Assembly: GCA_017525225.1 (NCBI GenBank)
Contig: JAFXTB010000048.1
Span: 8,799-72,798, forward strand
Origin: Kiritimatiellia bacterium
Lineage (GTDB): Bacteria; Verrucomicrobiota; Kiritimatiellia; RFP12; UBA1067
Reading direction: 5' to 3'
Length of the DNA stretch: 64,000 nt
The notes under the pieces were generated by a model. That model was not told the origin of the DNA. It worked only from the letters and a program-made list of their open reading frames with translations, and made no database searches. Below, one piece after another: positions 61,651 to 64,000 of this stretch. The translations under genes and the position numbers were made by a program. Every line of letters begins with the position of its first letter. The first letter of the stretch is position 1.

Positions 61651-64000
61651 ATGAAAAAAGTCCTATGTCTCGGTTGCGCCTCCCTGGCGGCGATGGTATT
61701 CGGCCGTTCGGTGTCGCTTGACTGGCGGAAGGGCGGCGATCAGCCCGTCGAGGTGATCGACTTCGGCCCGCAGACCGTGGGTGGCTACGCCGTCTTCGAA
61801 GTGGCAGATTTCACATCCGCTGCCGATGGTACTCTTCCCGTGCTGCGGCTCTCCTACGCGACCCACCCGGACGGCCTCTCGCCCGCCGGCGACTTCTCTC
61901 GCGAGACCCACGCGACCTACCTGCACGTGGACAACCCGGTCCTGCCCGCGAACATCAACCGCCACGAACTCTACACGATTCCGCGCAAGGGCCAGTTCGT
62001 CGCGCCGCTTCTCCAGGGACAGGAACGCTACATACGCGTGGCGCTCGACACGCCCGGCACCTCGCTCCGCCTCTCCTCGTTTGATATCGTGAACGCGGGC
62101 GTCTATTCGGAGGTGCCCGCGGTCGGGTCGTTCGCGTGCAACGACCCGCGCGCGAAGGCCGTGTGGGACATGGGCGCGCGCACGTGCCAGCTTGCCTCGA
62201 TCCCGAACGCCGACGCCTGGCGCGTGGTGGCGGACGTGCTGATCCCGCGCAAGCTTGAGAGGGGATCCGCCGATGGCTGGTGCCGCTTTGTGCCGAATTT
62301 CGAGGGCACGTTGGAGGTCACGTACGAGTTCCGCCTCAACCCGCATTTCCCGAATGGCGCCTTCAAGGTGTTCACCGGGTGGCTCAACGCCGAGCCCGAC
62401 GTACTTGAGACGATCAAGCAGGAGGGACCGGATGGCGTAATCAAGACGGCGAACATTCCGCTCAAGCCTGGCCGGTTCGGATTCCGTCTCGCGAAGGAGG
62501 AATGGCCGATGATCCATTCCGTCGTGGTGAAGGACAAGGCCGGCAAGGAACGGTGGCGCGACGATTTCACGGACGCGCCGTCCGGCAAGGCCGTCAACTG
62601 GGTCTACACGACTGCGATCCCGTACCTTGCCGACGGCGGCAAGCGCGACCGTCTCGTGTGGAGCGGCGACCTCTGGTGGGCGCAGCGCATGGTGTACTAC
62701 GCGTTCGGTCCGAAGGATCCCTACCTCGCGGGCGCGCTCCGTCTGTTGGCCTTCAACCAGACGCCCGAGGGATACTGCCACGCCGCGCCCTATGCCGAGA
62801 ACACCGTGAAGCCGATGTCGGGTGACTACGGATCCTTCGCCTCGGACGAGTTCTCCGCCTGGCTCGTGCCCTGCGCGTGGGAACACTACCTCTTCACCGG
62901 CGACGAGACGCTCGCGCGCGAGCTCTGGCCGGCGGTCGACCGCGACCTGTGCTACCTGGCCTCGCGCATGGGCGACGACGGACTCTTCGCGCCACGGTTC
63001 GAGACGTCGAAACACGCCATGCGGATGGACTGCGGCGACGTGCGCAAGCGCGTGTACCAGAACGTCATCTTCTGGATGTGCTGGCGCGACGGCGCGAAGC
63101 TCGCCCGCGCGCTGGGACACGCCGCGCGCGCGGACGAACTGCAAGGGATGGCCGATCGCCACGCGCAGGCGATCCGCGCCCGCTTCAAGGACCCAACCAC
63201 GGGGAAGTGGAACACGGTCCTCGGCGCGAAGGGCGCGGACGGCGCGAGCTGTGCCATGATGCTCGCGAGCGGCTTCGCGACACGCGATGAGGCGATTTCG
63301 CTCGCGCGTACCTGCTGGCATGTTGGCGTAGGTAAGTTCCAGTCGCTCGTGGCACGCGGCAAGTTCCGCTACGGCTTCACGCAGGGTGGCCTGCGCGCGA
63401 TCTCGGACGGCAACTGGCACTCGTTCATCGACCCCAGCTGGAAGGGTGCGCGGTGCTGTACGGAGTGCATGTACCTCACGACGAAGGGTTGGTGGGATGA
63501 ATCGCATCCCGATACGACAATTTCCGGCCTCTATACGGGCCACCTGCTCGGCGTGGAACCGGTCGAGCCCGGCTTTCGCGTCTTTACGATCGCTCCGCAG
63601 ATGGCGCCGTCCATCACGCGCGCAGAGGGTGTGGTGCCTACGCCCCATGGCAACATCGAGGTGGCATGGCGGTGCACGGGCGGCACGCTGACCATCGACT
63701 TCACGGTTCCCGAAGGGACTGTGGCAGATGTCGCCAGTGGGCTGGGAACGGGTCCACGCCGGTATGGCCCCGGACGCTATTCCTTCACGCGTGAGGTGCC
63801 ACCCGAGGAACTGGTCGATCCCACGCTTGACGCAGGCGTGGCCAAGGGACCGCAGACGCGCGAATTCGGCTTCGTCACGTCCCAGCCTTTTACCGACCCG
63901 GCGGCGCGTTACATCCAGACATTTGACCTGGACGAGGTCGTCTCGGTCGATTCCGTGACGCTCTTCCCTTCGGGAGAGGGTTTCCCAGACACGGTGGTGA
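61651..64000 (+). CDS. secreted GH78-like alpha-L-rhamnosidase-family (six-hairpin) glycosidase, 3'-partial; runs off the window end
   Basis: Own translation from ATG 61651 shows no stop to 64000 (783 codons), hence absent from the track. Signal peptide MKKVLCLGCASLAAMVFG. DGGKRDRLVWSGDLWWAQ matches the GH78 D-x3-R-[ED]-R-x2-W-x-G-D block. GC3-rich codons. The overlapping minus ORF 61663..63648 is an Arg-rich shadow. Confidence 0.65.
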   Translation, partial: MKKVLCLGCASLAAMVFGRSVSLDWRKGGDQPVEVIDFGPQTVGGYAVFEVADFTSAADGTLPVLRLSYATHPDGLSPAGDFSRETHATYLHVDNPVLPANINRHELYTIPRKGQFVAPLLQGQERYIRVALDTPGTSLRLSSFDIVNAGVYSEVPAVGSFACNDPRAKAVWDMGARTCQLASIPNADAWRVVADVLIPRKLERGSADGWCRFVPNFEGTLEVTYEFRLNPHFPNGAFKVFTGWLNAEPDVLETIKQEGPDGVIKTANIPLKPGRFGFRLAKEEWPMIHSVVVKDKAGKERWRDDFTDAPSGKAVNWVYTTAIPYLADGGKRDRLVWSGDLWWAQRMVYYAFGPKDPYLAGALRLLAFNQTPEGYCHAAPYAENTVKPMSGDYGSFASDEFSAWLVPCAWEHYLFTGDETLARELWPAVDRDLCYLASRMGDDGLFAPRFETSKHAMRMDCGDVRKRVYQNVIFWMCWRDGAKLARALGHAARADELQGMADRHAQAIRARFKDPTTGKWNTVLGAKGADGASCAMMLASGFATRDEAISLARTCWHVGVGKFQSLVARGKFRYGFTQGGLRAISDGNWHSFIDPSWKGARCCTECMYLTTKGWWDESHPDTTISGLYTGHLLGVEPVEPGFRVFTIAPQMAPSITRAEGVVPTPHGNIEVAWRCTGGTLTIDFTVPEGTVADVASGLGTGPRRYGPGRYSFTREVPPEELVDPTLDAGVAKGPQTREFGFVTSQPFTDPAARYIQTFDLDEVVSVDSVTLFPSGEGFPDTVV

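Noticed and set aside
61663-63648. 661-aa minus-strand ORF listed in the track
   Set aside because: Arg-rich antisense shadow. The + strand frame from 61651 is open to the window end and carries a signal peptide and GH78-type catalytic block.
1-64000. CRISPR arrays, rRNA, tRNA, integrases or transposases
   Set aside because: None seen. The only tandem repeats are short (9-bp units, 5-7 copies) with no spacer-sized unique inserts. No IS-like inverted terminal repeats flank the duplicated cassettes.

Overview
High-GC (about 63-65%) bacterial chromosome segment, strongly strand-biased: about 37 of 40 credible genes lie on the + strand. Nearly every long minus-strand ORF in the track is an Arg/Ala/Gly-rich antisense shadow of a + strand gene and was rejected. 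The content is dominated by secreted or periplasmic carbohydrate-active proteins. (1) A pectin-type giant fusion enzyme with two PL22-like oligogalacturonate-lyase beta-propellers plus a GH88/GH105-like unsaturated-uronyl hydrolase, 13530..18011. (2) A sialic-acid set: BNR/Asp-box sialidase-like protein, NanM-like kelch mutarotase fused to an SSS symporter, two SGNH esterase paralogs, and two DHDPS/NAL-family lyases, one of them TAT-exported. (3) A triplicated cassette [PD40/TolB-like beta-propeller protein + ATGA-coupled secreted TIM-barrel-like protein + giant 1450-1500 aa protein with autotransporter-associated beta-strand (PATR)-type W-x-GGG-DG-x-W...NW repeats and a conserved C-terminal tail] spanning about 32.1-49.6 kb, with a third giant paralog at 54.6-59.1 kb. 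Housekeeping genes are interspersed: class II aldolase, OadA/PycB-like biotin carboxyltransferase + NfeD, archaeal-type iPGM, PNP, dihydroorotase, PssA, PflX-family radical SAM, TolB-like protein, EpmA-like protein, FmdB. AT-rich islands expose canonical sigma70-like promoters (TTGnnn-17-TATAAT), several of which end only 6-8 nt before the ATG, implying leaderless mRNAs. Several families of 9-bp tandem repeats occur, both intergenic (flanking the first giant gene) and in-frame (OadA linker, EpmA-like insertion). The + strand ORF running off the 3' end (61651..64000, GH78-like) is missing from the supplied track because it has no stop. No rRNA, tRNA, CRISPR or obvious transposase was seen. Phylogenetic guess, by inference only: a PVC-superphylum bacterium (Verrucomicrobiota/Kiritimatiellota/Lentisphaerota-like).
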